A stretch of DNA of 64,000 bases, from NCBI GenBank assembly GCA_010015585.1, contig ML975155.1; one strand, given 5' to 3'. This DNA is from Eremomyces bilateralis CBS 781.70. Taxonomy: Eukaryota. The position numbers and the translations under genes were made by a program. The notes beneath the pieces are model-generated. The model did not search any database. It saw only the letters and a list, made by a program, of their open reading frames with translations, and had not been told where the DNA came from. Below, piece after piece: positions 35,648 through 49,176 of this stretch (position 1 is the stretch's first letter; each line of letters opens with the position of its first letter).

Positions 35648-38388
35648 ATGTCGCATCGGCGAGTCAAAAACCTCGATTATGACGATGACGATTATTATGA
35701 GGAAGAGGGTTATGACGAGGCAGGCGGGGACGGTAAATCTTCATGTATCGGTGCTCAAAAACCACTTCCTAACATGATGATAAGGTCTCAGTGCGGAGGA
35801 CGAAGAGCAAATGCGAATAGGTGTTCAACGCGTCCGAGAAGGATTAGGTCCAGATCACAAGATCTCCGACAAGGACATTCAGGAAGCTCTATGGCATTAT
35901 TACTATGATGTGACCAAATCCGTGTCTTATCTTAAAAGTATAGATCCTGAACTGTGGTACGATATCGTAACTGACGATATGCAGACGCTCAGAAGCCCGC
36001 ACAGGCTACGCCAAAGCAGACCAAACCCGAGTCGAGATTTGATCAAGCAGCTAAGGTTGCAGCTAAGCAACACACGATACAAAAAGGTTGGTTCTTTCTC
36101 TCGTATATTGCTCTTCTCTAGTCGAGCAGACGATGGAGTCTATTGCTTGCCCGACTTAAGGTCAGTTGTTATGTCGTGGTTCGAGACTCAAACCAGAGAG
36201 GCTGTTGTTCTGAGTTGCGTTTGTGTGTAGAGCCATACTCCCTATACCCAGTCCCAGTTCCTAAGAAAAGACGCATTTCGAACTTCTTTTCCGATTGCCC
36301 ATGGCTCCAGGTCCCTCCGACACGGCAAGGTGCGATCGTGTCCATTAGCTCTAGTAGGAGGGAGACAGGCTTGCTGGGAGGGTCAGGAAAACCATCGAAG
36401 CTAGCGGCTCTCGCAGCTGCGCGTCGCAAGAAGCAAGCGGAAAGCTCTGTTCCGAAAGAGAATGCACCCTCGCATGAGCCGGATAGGTCGATCACCCTAC
36501 TCGACAAGCTGGGGTCGAAAAGGGAAGCAATATCCCCCGGAGTAGCCATCGAAGAAGAAAAGCCGGTCCCTATCCGCCACAAACCACCGACACCAAACGA
36601 AGCTCCGTCGGGCCCATCTGCTCTAGTGCCAGAGCCAGTGTCTGATGTGAAAGAACACGAATCCCAACCCGTTCTTGGGGTGTGCAATCAAGACGTCGGG
36701 AATGTAAAAGCTGATCCCTCCGCCTTTGCCAATGCTTTATTGGGAGCGACTTCGTCAAGGCGGTTATCGCAAGGCTCTACCCCTGAATCTAGCTCGAGTT
36801 TCGCTGTCTCCTACTTCCCGCTCAAATCTTTCGCTGGCCCTAGTCCCGACGATGTAGTCATCGCGGCTCAGTCGAAAGCCTCAATGGGTTCAGTAAAAAC
36901 GTTTGGGACCACCGACCAGAACTAACGATCGATCAGGACCCAAGGGCAAAACCGCGGCTACACAAGGCGGTAAGCCATCGGATGGAAACAAAATAGCTGA
37001 CGGCGTTGCGGCTCTGAAGATCAATGACCTGCCGAAGCCGAAGAGGAGGAAAGTTGATGTACTTGCCGAGCACAAGAAAGTCTCGGGGAAGAAATCGGCG
37101 AGCTTCGTCGTGATAGGTACGCTATTGGAGCCGTCACTCACGCCGTGTTCTGTGCTAAAACCTTTTGCCAGGACATGTTGACCACGGCAAAAGCACGCTT
37201 ATGGGCAGATTGCTCCTTGACCTGAACGTCATCACCCAACGCTCTCTTGACAAGCTCCAGAAAGAGGCGAATACACTGAAAAAATCCTCATTTGCCCTGG
37301 CCTTTATCATGGACTCCAACAAGGACGAACGAGAACGGGGCATTACCGTCGACATCGCGACCTCACACTTCTCCACTGACAGCACTAACTACACCATCCT
37401 CGACGCTCCCGGTCACCAGGACTTCGTACCCAACATGATCGCTGGTGCCGCCCAAGCGGACTTTTCAATTTTGGTGGTTGATGCAAGCCCGAATAGCTTT
37501 GAGTCTGGCATTCGAGGCCAGACGCACGAGCATGCACTCATTGTCCGGAGCATGGGAGCATCGAACATTATCGTCGCAGTCAACAAGATGGACGCTGCCC
37601 ATTGGTTGCAAGACCGGTTCAACGAGATCCGGGAGCAGATGACCGGTTTTCTTACGAAAGTTGGCTTCAAGCCCGAGAACCTGGTGTTCGTGCCCCTCAG
37701 CGGCCTGACAGGCGACAACGTTTCCAAACGGCGAGACGACGCAGACGTGAAATGGTACACAGGCCCCACGCTCGTCAATGCACTCGATTCTATAGCGCCG
37801 ACGGAACGAGCGATCGAGAAGCCGCTTCGGCTCGAGGTATTCGACATATCAACGGACAGCCAACTATACCCAGTCAGTATCAGCGGACGGCTTACAGCTG
37901 GAAACATGCAGGTCGGGGACGACGTCATTGCCATGCCAAGCGGTGATACCGCCATTATTCAGGGAATCACCATCGAGGGAAACGACGTCGACTGGGCCGT
38001 CGCCGGCTCCATCGCCACGGTCCATCTCTCCGGCGTCGACGCCGAACACCTCCGCCAAGGAGACATCATCTGCGCTCGCGACTCCCCGGCGCAGAACGTG
38101 CGAACTTTCCAGGCGAAGATTCTGGCGTTCGAGCAAGTGCTGCCGATGTTCGTGGAGGTACACGCCGGGACGATGAGCCGCGAGGGGCAGGTCAAAATGC
38201 CGTTGGTGGCGCTGCTCGACGAGCGGACGGGTGACGTCAAGAAGAAGCGGCCGAAGGTGTTGAATGGCGGGGAGGTGGGGAGGGTGGAGGTAGAGTTTGG
38301 CGATGAGAAAGGGGCGCCGGTGGAGAAGGGGCGGAGGGTGGTGTTGCGGTATGAGGGGAGGACGATCGCGGCCGGCTTGGTAGAATGA
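35648..38388 (+). CDS. HBS1: Hbs1 translational GTPase with a Ski7-type cassette exon (36231-36887)
   Basis: MSHRRVKNLDYDDD, EALWHYYYDV (HBS1_N), GHVDHGKSTL, ERERGITVD, DAPGHQDF and NKMD. Internal exon contains SKLAALAAARRKK, PSAFA and FAGPSPDDVV. Confidence 0.95.
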
Positions 38389-38505
38389 TGGAAGGGATGC
38401 TGCCGTACTCTTGGAATGAAATCACGCGTAACGAGCTGTAGACTCTTTGCATATATTAGACAGAAATACACTTGTGGGTATCTTGAAGATATTCGCAACT
38501 TGAAA

Positions 38506-39362
38506 CTATGCTTCGCGGCGGCCATCGATACCGCTGGTGCCCTCTGAAACGCCCTCCTGTTTGCCTGCATCTTCGCTCTCCCCCTCACCATCCCCTTCGC
38601 CATCCTGTTTGCCCTCCTTTTTGCCTTCTTCCTCTTTGCCCTCCTTTTCGCCCCCCTCTTCGCCCTCTATGCCTCCCTCATCGCTGTCCTCATCGCCGTC
38701 CCCTTCGCTCTTCTCATTGGCTTCCGGCTCGATCCCTACGAACTGTCCACCACTGAAGTCGACACCAAGGTTCCTTCTCAAGTGCGCCCTTTGATACTGC
38801 ACTGCGTTCAGACTGCCTAACTGAGTATGATCTAATAAATCAGTCCCGTCCCGGGCTTGTGCTGCAGTGTCCTTAGAGTGCCTACGGCGTACTACAATTG
38901 CGCCCCGTTTATCCGGCTTCTTTCTCGTGCTCCAGGACATTGACTGTTCCCGCACGCCGCAAGACTTTATCTGGCCGTCGCTGTTCCTAGTACTTGAGTC
39001 TCTGTCGGTTCTACTGCCATCAGGTTGCGAATTAGAAATAGAACTAGAGTCAGAATTTTGGGCTCGCGGTTGTTTCTTAGTATAAGATGTAGTATGCTGC
39101 GCGAAGAAGATCTCCCGCTCTCCTCTGGTTACGCTGCGTTTGGAGCGCTGTCCAGAAGGACTCAAGAGATACAGACACATCGGCCACGGAGTACGACACC
39201 GACTGGTTTGCAAGGATCTCTCTTTAGGCGGTACTGTGTACCATATGGAGGTAGTACCAAATAGTAGAGAGGTAAGACATTATGCATCTCTGTCTCCTCG
39301 TAAATGGTCATGATAAATGGCCTATGACGACGGCGCTTCACAAACGGACTCATAGCTTCCAT
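38506..39362 (-). CDS. Possible orphan gene with Glu/Gly/Lys-rich C-terminus (structure unresolved)
   Basis: 235-codon open frame ending in an acidic low-complexity tract. An overlapping upstream ORF from ATG 39362 is in another frame, and no clean splice join was found. Confidence 0.3.
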
Positions 39363-40369
39363 AGTAAAAGACACCAGTGATATAGAAGGTGATGAAAAGG
39401 AATGAAATAAATTCAAGGCGGCGGAGTTAAACTTGGACAGGTGATAGAAAATTCCAAACGGGGAAGTCTTGAAGGGGGTGAAGCATTCAGAAAAGACGAA
39501 AGGGATATCTAACCGTGAAGTACACCGGAGCATCGAAACTGTTTGGTCTCTGCCTTGCTTTGCCACTCTAGAAATGACCGATTGCTAAACTCCATGCTCC
39601 TTTTGATACAGTAGATCGTATGCCCCTATTTATACTTTCCAGCGGCTGGAGGAGGCCACACTGGGATGTGACACCTTTTGTCACCAGTATGGATACTCGA
39701 CCTGCCCAACTTGCCCACTGTCAGTGTCTCCAGAATGTCGTGAAACTCGACCACCAAGGAACTTCTAGGTTAGTGTTAACACTTGACCTGTGAGAGGGTC
39801 GATCAATGGGATGAAGATCTTATTTGATACAATCTCGTTACCTCGACCAGCAGATTGAGAATGCGACTGGTCACAAGGAGAGGCTAAACCGGGGACTTCG
39901 CCAAGAACTGGGGGCCGGCTGCCCAGTGTCGGGCTGATCGGCGCCATAGGCCCCGCGATTCAGCGGTAGGCCCGCCATGGGGCCCAGCGAAGCCAGCGAA
40001 GCCAGCGATAGGCCCGCGGGATCGGCAGTGCAGTCCAGCAAACGAAACAACTCCAGATTCCAGAACCTCCTGTAGGCAAATGATATTACGGTATGTGTCG
40101 CAAGAGTCAGTTGCGCGGAAACGTCATGGTTGGGGAAGCACCGACGAGAATGTAAAACCGGAACCATTCCAGCTCTTGACCGTTTCTTGTTTCGTAGACA
40201 CGTTCAATCATCTTCATCTTCACTTCTCATACCAGTATCTGGTGCATTTCTGACATCGTATCCTCTCCAAATCACCTACCAATCTCGCCTCATCACACCC
40301 ACCACCCGCTACAGCATCTTGCACAGGCACATGGAGTCCCTCGGCGCATGAGGCGCACGATCAGCACAG

Positions 40370-42433
40370 ATGTCTCCCAATCAGGATGACCCCCAATCCC
40401 AAGATTCCCAACCGAAGCAATCCTCCAAACGCCCTGCCCTATTGCGGAATCCATCCTCCTCGTCGTATGTTTCCCGATCATTGTCTGGAGGAGAACAGTC
40501 GTCTACTTCGCATCGACAGTCCCATTACAAACCACAACGTCATGTTGTTGGCAAGCGCAACGCCTCCACCAAAAACCTCAATGGCCTGAAGCCGGTCCCG
40601 CTCCACCTCGACGGCGGAGCCGACGCTTCATCGAAGTCCGCGCGACTGGAAGTGCACCATCGGTCGCTCTCCGGAAACCTTGTCCAGACCCCTCAAGAAA
40701 GTCCGCGTGCACATCACCACGTAGAGAGACTTCATATTCACCGACCGGGCATGAAACGAAACGCTTCAGCGCATGCAGTTGGCATGCGGAAGAACCATTC
40801 CACCTCACACCTCCCGCGACATGGTTCCTCGAAAAATATCGTGAAGGCTGCAGCGAAAGCAGGTCTCGCTCCAGTACAGAAGGCAAAGCACCATATCCCT
40901 CCGACCAAACAGCCTCACCCGACTGTACGATTCGATATAGGCGATGAACTGGAGCGAGAAGACGATCAAGAATGGACTGAAGATAGTAATTCGCAGTCGC
41001 CGGAAACAACGCGCGACCACACAAGAAGTAATTCCGTGGTATTAGAGCGCGAAGCTGGAGACACCAGGAGTGCTCAACGGGAAGCCCTAACCCCACAGCC
41101 TACGTACGACGGTACCTCTCACGATGAATGGCATCTCATCAACCAGACTGCCTCTACCCCGAATCTCCCTACCCAAGCCGTGCCTTCGGCAAGCCGTGTC
41201 CCTTCCGCCCGTCCTGCTGACGCCGACATCCTTACCTCACGACTCCTACAACGCTCATCACAACACCACCACCCTGCCCCTCCCCAAATAACCCCCATCA
41301 CAGCCAGCGACGTCCGCCACGATCCACGCCCAGTCATCGCCAGCACCCGACCCCAAGACACTCGAATCCTCTCCCAGAGCCAGTCCAGCACCCTCGCAGG
41401 CACCCCGTCCGGTCCCGGCAGCGAACTCGTTTCCCGCTTTATCAATGGCGCCGGCGGTTCCTCCGGAGCCACGGACCAGCACAGCAGCTTCTTCCCGCCC
41501 CGGCCGACTCCCACATCCGACGGAGCGTCTCGACGAAGCGTTGATTCCGATGTCTCAGACAGCGATGATGGCGCCGTCGCGACAGCCCCAGCACACCGGC
41601 GCACGGTCTCGGCAAAAGCCAGCACCGGCACCACCGGAGCAGCAGTCACGGCCCCGCCCGACACGAACAATCCACTACACCAGTCGCGCACGCAGCAAAA
41701 ACTATGGTTGCAGCGCGCGAGCTCGAACCTCGAGCCGATGAAGAACATCCCTACGATCATCCCAAGGACGATGACGGGGCCGCTTCTTCTGCCCCTATCT
41801 GCGGCTAGTAGCGCCTACGGATCCGGATATCCAGGGTCTGGGCCTGGGGGGAGTCCCGGGGGCGGGGGGCGGCGGCGGATCGATCCGCGGCTGCAGAGGC
41901 AGTTCGACCAGGTCGCGGGGGAGTATGCAGGCGTTCGACGGTTCCGCGATCCGATTGCGGAAGGGCTAGCACGGGTGATGGTGCGTGTTGGCGAGAAGCA
42001 GAAGCCGACGACGAACGGCGTCAAAGGCCCGGGACGGGGCGCCGATGGCCGTGGGCATACGCAGGGGAATCGGAGCGTCGCGAGCGTGGCTTCGGGGTTC
42101 CTTGATGACGAGCTCGGGGAGGATGAGACGCACCATGGGCGAAAAGATCGGGAACGGCGGGAACAAGCGAGACGATCACAGGGGGCGGAGCAGACGGCAC
42201 GGCATCCGCAGTCGAAGCAAGCCACTCCAGAGCAGCAAGACAGGAAGGTGCGGGACCCGGGAGGCTCGAGAAGATCACGTGTCTCGTTCGAGCTACCGCC
42301 TGATGGAGAAGGGGAATCGACCACCCCGAGAGAGGAAAACGGGGAGCGGGACCGCGAAAGGGAACGCGAGAGGGAGAGGGAGGCGTATGACGTGTGTCGG
42401 AGGCTGTGGGAGATTCAGGTTGGGAGGGGATAG
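40370..42433 (+). CDS. TORC1 subunit Tco89-like disordered protein
   Basis: Intronless 687-aa Ser/His-rich ORF with SRTQQKLWLQRASS and EYAGVRRFRDPIAEGLAR blocks, which I recognise as Tco89-family motifs. Confidence 0.7.
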   Translation: MSPNQDDPQSQDSQPKQSSKRPALLRNPSSSSYVSRSLSGGEQSSTSHRQSHYKPQRHVVGKRNASTKNLNGLKPVPLHLDGGADASSKSARLEVHHRSLSGNLVQTPQESPRAHHHVERLHIHRPGMKRNASAHAVGMRKNHSTSHLPRHGSSKNIVKAAAKAGLAPVQKAKHHIPPTKQPHPTVRFDIGDELEREDDQEWTEDSNSQSPETTRDHTRSNSVVLEREAGDTRSAQREALTPQPTYDGTSHDEWHLINQTASTPNLPTQAVPSASRVPSARPADADILTSRLLQRSSQHHHPAPPQITPITASDVRHDPRPVIASTRPQDTRILSQSQSSTLAGTPSGPGSELVSRFINGAGGSSGATDQHSSFFPPRPTPTSDGASRRSVDSDVSDSDDGAVATAPAHRRTVSAKASTGTTGAAVTAPPDTNNPLHQSRTQQKLWLQRASSNLEPMKNIPTIIPRTMTGPLLLPLSAASSAYGSGYPGSGPGGSPGGGGRRRIDPRLQRQFDQVAGEYAGVRRFRDPIAEGLARVMVRVGEKQKPTTNGVKGPGRGADGRGHTQGNRSVASVASGFLDDELGEDETHHGRKDRERREQARRSQGAEQTARHPQSKQATPEQQDRKVRDPGGSRRSRVSFELPPDGEGESTTPREENGERDREREREREREAYDVCRRLWEIQVGRG

Positions 42434-43875
42434 ATCATGACGGATATTGTGTTCAAGCGCCGTGTACGGAGTAAAGGGTACGTATGTGTAAATCGATCCT
42501 TCGGAAGTTCATATGGATTATAGATCCAAGTTGTGACATTGGGATAAATGGTAAAGGCACCAAGAAAGCTGTCGGCTTTCTAATCTGTCTACTGTAATAC
42601 GATGCCTTCTGAAGGGACTATTGGCGAGCAAAGTTCATACCCCAGCTCATTGATGGCCTTGCCGTTGCTTGACCCTTTACGTCTGTTTTTGAAGGCCACA
42701 TACAACGTATTTCACAAGGTAAAGGACCAATTATAGGAAATATCAAGTATCTTCGAGCTTCACACCCTATGGCATGGCAAGGGCAGAAACACATACTTTT
42801 CGTCCGATCACATCAGTGCAAATAAGGTAAGCCATTTCATTCAGACCTTCTCAGTTCTCATCCTGTAATTTTCCACCGGATGCAACTCAATGATGTCAAT
42901 AACCATCAAGTTTCTAGCTATTCTGGCGCAATTGATTTCCAACTTGATAACTGGGCATCCCAGTCCTACCATAGCACATCTGCCAACCGCTTACAGCATA
43001 GGTCCCGCACTTCCGCGCGATACGGCCGTTGCGCCGTCTGGCTTGCCGATCACCTTTGCCGTTATGCCGTTCACCCAGGTCTTGAGGTACATTTCACCCC
43101 AAAACTAAAATCTCACTATTAATAATACTCTTGAAGAACGCCCGATAATCAACGTACGAAGACCCTGTTGTCCTCGATGCCATTGGTTAGGTTGTCCAGA
43201 GATGGGCAGAGACTCACGATGGTCGACCAAATGCCGGTAACAGCAGCCAGCTGGAGAATCAGTATGGCGTCACCAGCTAGTCTTGAGTCTGATGGAGCTG
43301 TATCCATATGTCATCTCTTTATGCAATTCCAGTCGCAAGATCTACCTACACAATTGCCATTGGGGGGGATCTTTGACATGCCACTAACCCTTCGTTCCGT
43401 CTAACTTTAATCGTGGGGTGGCATGAAGCTCAAGCACAACACCGCACGCCCTTTACAGAACGCGGCAACCAAAGTGGATACTAGAGGATTAATGGGACCA
43501 GGAAATGAGTCAGTCTACGATCCCATGGATGTTTGAACTGTTCAGACTTTAACGTTCAAAAGACAACAGGTCTTGCCACAAAGTCTGCGAATCGAACATC
43601 AGTACAGTGTTTTGGTGTTTAAGAAAAAGAGGGACGGATATTAATTCTCGTCGCGTCTTGAGAAAACTTCCTAGTCATATATGAATACCGCAAATATCGC
43701 CGATGTTCCAAACGATATAAAAAGGAGAGCTGGACCGCACAGCTTAATGATGACATAGTCAATCGTCTACATTTCTATACCACCAAACGGCCTTTCCGAG
43801 TCAATTGGCCTCGTTTCGCATTACTAGACTTCCAGTCAGTTTGAAACTCTTCATGCGTGGAAGCAGATATCACCA

Positions 43876-46497
43876 ATGTCATCGAAACTTTCCGAGCGAG
43901 AAGACGTGGAGGCGAAGGTCTCGCCGTCAGAGCCCCTGAGCCCAACCGTCGCTTCATCCCTCTCCACAGGCGAGGGGCATGTCATCGAGGAAACACCCTC
44001 CCACGCACTTGAATCGGCCCCGGGGCGGCCCCGTGCCCTCAGCGGAACCCAGAGCATCCACAATACCCGCTCTTATGGCGGCGAAGACGGGTATGCTTTG
44101 CATCAAGAGGAGGAGACGGTCACTGCCATTGATGGGGTGGTAGACCCCGAGAAGATATTCGAAGTTCACTGGGAGGGCGGTGACTCGGACCCCATGAATC
44201 CGCGGAGCATGAGCAAAGCGCGCAAATGGCTTATCGTGGCCATTGTCAGCATGAGTTCGACGTGCGTGGCGTGTGCATCGTCGCTGTATGTGGGTTCGTA
44301 CGGCCAGCTCATGAAGGAATTCAACTCCTCCCGTATAGTGGTGACGATAGGACTGTCGCTTTTCGTCGCCGGGTTGGGTGTGGGCCCGATGATCTTGAGC
44401 CCGCTGTCCGAATTTTATGGACGGAGGCCTGTCTACCTGGTTAGCTATTCGTTCTTTTTCATCTGGCTGATTCCGTGCGCGGTGTCGAAGAATATGGCGA
44501 CGATGCTGGTCGCGAGGTTCCTGGATGGATTTTCCGGAAGCGCGTTCTTGTCCGTGGCAGGCGGAACGGTGGGAGATATATTCAATAGGCATGATCTTAG
44601 CATGCCTATGATGATATATGCAGCGTCCCCATTTTTAGGGTGAGTGGCGCGAACCTGTTGCTACCGTTAGAAGGCACTAACGATATACAACAGACCACAG
44701 CTTGGACCATTGATGAGCGGTTTCATCAACCAGTATACTAACTGGCGCTGGACCTTCTATACTGCGCTCATCTGGGCCGGGTTTCAGCTTGCTGCGATAG
44801 TTCTGCTCGTCCCAGAGACTTACCATCCAGTATTGCTACGTCGCAAAGCGCGACAGTTGCGAAAAGAGACGACGGATGATAGATGGCAAGCGCCGATTGA
44901 GAAGATGGAACGCAGCATTCTTCGCACCGTCATGTGGAGTTGCATCCGGCCCTTCCAACTGCTGGTCCTCGAGCCCATGTGCCTCAACCTTTGCATCATC
45001 TCCTCTCTCCTACTTGGAATCGTCTACCTCTTCTTCGGCGCCTTTCCCCTGGTCTTCCAAAACAATCACGGAATGACCCTCTCCCAGTCGGGCCTGACCT
45101 TCCTTGGGCTCTTGGTGGGAATGCTCTTCGGAATCGCTACCGATCCCTTTTGGCGGGCCAATTACCGCCGTCTCATTCGGAAAGGCGAGAAGAAAGGGGG
45201 AGAGAAAGGGGGATCTGAGCCTGAATACCGACTCCCGCCGACTATTCTTGGTGCTATCATGGTTCCAATAGGACTATTCGGTAAGTTTGCCCTGGCTCTT
45301 TCTCTTTTGGATTCCCAGTTCTCTACACTTGTTTCCCCCCGTTGCGAATATTCTCCGGCGCCACCATTTAATAGAAGACTATGTACTTCATAGGGTAGAA
45401 GGAATCCACATCTCGTATCTGCACCCTCCCGAAGCCTAGGACCAGACAACTACTGCAGCTCGCCAAAAGCAGGACACGGCTCATTTTAAACTCATCTATA
45501 GAATGTTCGCTGATCTTTGGCTCTTTCTAGGATTTGGATGGACAACATTCCCCCGGGTAAGTGCTCTGACCTCTTCTGCAACCATTATATCCTAGTGGCT
45601 AACCCTTGCATCATCTGTAGGTACATTGGATAGGTACGTACATGTACATCCAACTCCACCTGTGACGGCACGATGCAGAGGAACATGCATACTTTCAATA
45701 CGATTGCATGCCCTGGGGCCGTTGTGTCGATCAAAGACTGTTTTGAGTCCTCATAGTGTCGAAATAGGCTAACCCAACACTCCACTGCGCAGTGCCAATA
45801 ATCTTCTCTGCCGTGTTTGGCTTTGGGTGAGTGACGTGTCCATCTCCTTCAGACCTCTTGATCCTCACCCCACATAGCGGTGAAGGGTCTACCGCAAACA
45901 GTCTGCTAACGGTGATGGGCAGGAACATCCTCTGCTTCTCCGGAATCTTCACATTCCTGGTCGATTGCGTAGGTCTACATATTTTGATAGCCGCTTGCGG
46001 TTCAGGGGCGCGCCCGGACCCCGTATGTACCTGCCTACTGACATGATGCATTGTAGTATCCGCTTTACGCCGCGAGTGCCCTTGCAGCGAACAGCTTTGC
46101 GCGATCGGGCTTCGCAGCCGCTTTCCCGCTGTTCGGTGTCCAGATGTATGAGAGTAAGTAATTCCGCAGTCCATATCTTTGAAGGCGTTGGGGATATCGA
46201 TGGACTCCTTTTAGTGGCGCAGTGGCGCATTTCTAGGTTTCTGCTATCGGACGCTCGAATCATCGCGCTAACTCTATCGATACAGAACTTGGATATCAAT
46301 GGGCGACGTCATTACTCGCATTTCTTTCTTTAGTCATGGCACCGTACGTCTCTCGAGCTAGAACCGTCCACTAATAACGAACCTTCCATTTGGAATCCCA
46401 TGCTAACGAGTGCTACGAGGGATGCAGGTTTCCATATCTATTCTTCAAGTACGGCAAGAAAATTCGGGGTAGGAGTAGGTTCGCAACAAACGTATAA
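43876..46497 (+). CDS. MFS DHA1-family multidrug transporter with a highly fragmented 3' half
   Basis: WEGGDSDPMNPRSMS, LSPLSEFYGRRPVY, VPETYHPVLL, PEYRLPP and YPLYAASALAANSFARS. Exons were traced to TAA at 46495-46497. Confidence 0.92.
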
Positions 46498-49176
46498 GCT
46501 CCCCTCGATGGACGAAGCCAGGCGGCTCGAGTACAACCCACCCGCATCTCGACCGGCGCGGTGCTTCGTCGCAAATCGCTCAAAAAGCTACGTGCACTAG
46601 CGGCGTTCCCAACATGTCAGCAGCGGCAATATTCCAGCTGTCGTGAGCCGGACGAACTGCCGGCGACGAGCAGGGTTGAGCGAAACTCTGGGGAACGTGG
46701 GAATCGACAGCGGTTGGATCCTCGAGTAGGGCGAAATTTGGGGGAATGAAAGCTAGATGACGGGTATAAATAGACGTGAATTACACAGCATGTTTTGCAG
46801 CGAGGCATCATGTAGGGGGCAGGTGCACCTCCCATCGATCGACCGACGACCAGTGTCAGTTGAAGGGAACAAGCCGATATTATAGGTACTATTTAGGGGA
46901 GTGCCAGAGAACATTCAGCCATCTAGTCTGGGATGATCAAGATCTCATGCGAAGTATCAGGCTCAGATCGATATCACAGTACATCAGCAATCTCGCAGCA
47001 ACAATGCATCTTCTGCAATACCAGTCACGCACTCGCCACGTCCATTGCACCTAACCTCGTATCGATATGTACTGCGAGGTCCTAGCCTGCGTAAGATGGG
47101 CCGTCGACCCGCCTTCGCTCGCAAGCGAGGTCTTACCTTTACGGTCACCGCATCGCTCTATGCGGTACGCCCACAAGGAGCATCGAATGATGGAGAACGA
47201 CGGCTTGGATGATTGATCACACAGGGGGACTGTGGTGTAACTGTGGTTATATAGCGGAACGCCCAATCACAGGAGTCTGACTGTCAGAGGGAAATGAGAT
47301 GACCTTGATGGGCAAGGCAAACGAATGATATGAAACAGAAACACCGACATGCTGGGTTATTGCCATGTTGGTTAATATCGTACTTTGACGGTGGTTTCTA
47401 CGGATGACAATTTCTTGATCTCACGACAATGGAAGTCACCGAAGCTGAGGTAGCTATGGTGGGACTTGTATTTGTGCCATGTCCGCTTCACTGGCAGAGA
47501 CACGAGCACGCGATTCACCGGAAATAAAGTCTCTGGAATAAAAGTTATGACCGTAAGGCGTAAGCTCAGTGCTAAGTCCAGTCTGTGAAGTGAGGTGCAG
47601 GTGGCGTCCTTAGGCATCTGAGTTGATGCCTCACGATAGAGATATTTGGTGTCGCATGTGGTTTCGTCGCGCGAAGAACAACTAGAAGCCGCGCGGATTG
47701 CGCCGACTTCCTACTCTAATTCAACTAATGACTGCTACGCGTCGAATCGAACGTGTTCTGGCCGCTTCGGCTCCAGAGGGCGGCATCAGACGGTCACAGA
47801 TTCATAATACGGTCAGTCCTCAGTCGTCACTCCTGAGCAATCACGAAATGAGGATGGTGGTTGGGAGGCGTTGTAGCACTCGCCGCTCAAGCAGCCCTCT
47901 AGAGCTAACTACTTGCTGATGCATGCGCTTTTTATTCCCTCATGCATTTAATAGGTAAGGAACGCAGTTCACCGTTCACAGCCTCCCCCCAACTCCCAAG
48001 GAGTCCTCCGGTTTGTTCCTTTCCCCGGATTTTGCGGAAGAACGCGGAGGGCCATCTAGCGGTGGGAGTTACGATGGACAGGGAGGCCTGAGCAATTGGA
48101 CCGTCGTCATTTGCTGAACGAAACCGAGCCCAAGGCGATCGTTCAGGAAACACGATGAATCTTGATCTCCCCCGTCCGGATTGGTTGATGGTGGTGTCGC
48201 ATCGCGGACGGAAGGGGGCAGTTGGTGATATTGCATCCTTTACGATGTGGTGGACACGCTGGGGATGCTCTGGGGGGAGGGATGGACCAGGCCTCGGTGC
48301 ATCCGCTGCTGTGTTGGAATTGGACAGAGTGAAGCCGATCTGGCGGCGTGTGCTCGGCAGTCCAGCGGTTTGTCCAGGGCAGGATGAGGATTGTTATGAG
48401 CTATTATTACAAGGTAGGTATTATTCCTTTCTATTCTTTCTTTCCATTCTTTCAATATCTCAGCAGACGAGACGAGACGAGCTTAACGTTTCGGCGGCTG
48501 TTGGATTCAACCAGGAATCTCCACTCTACTTTCCCCGAGTTCCACATCATCATCGTCCCCAGTGTCTTCAGTCTAAACTCCAAGGACTAAAAGTAGTCAT
48601 CCGTTTTGGATATTCCCGTTGTCTCTTCCACTGGTCTGGTCAGGACAGGAAAGGCATCGCGCAATCATCTGCAATCTGCATTGACCAGCATCATCCAGCC
48701 TAGGATCTTCTCCAGAAGCTCGGCTCAAGATTCGCAAGGAAGAGACACCAAATTTTGGAACTTGACCACCAACCACATCCATCAACATCCACAACCAACA
48801 TCACAATCACACCCTTTTGGTGCCACAACATAGTCGCAATTCTGTGCCTTGAATTGCTGCAGTCTCCCTAGAAATCCTCTCTAAACGAACCGTCTCTCCA
48901 ATTGGCAATTGCACCTCCTTACCTTCGTCTCTTCGTCGCTGACCCGCAACTTTTGCTCCCCGTGAGCACAAGGCAAAAAGCCACACCCTCCCACCCTCCC
49001 CTCTGTTGCCCCACATTGACTCGACTGCCCTCCGCTTTCCGTCTCTCACCATCGAACACCCGTCGTCCACTGAACGTCGGTTCTCCTAAACACTGCGCCG
49101 ATAGGCTCCATTACCCTCCTCACGAAACAATTGATTGGAATCCCGAAAGTATGGAAGCCGGGCTTCCCTACACACC

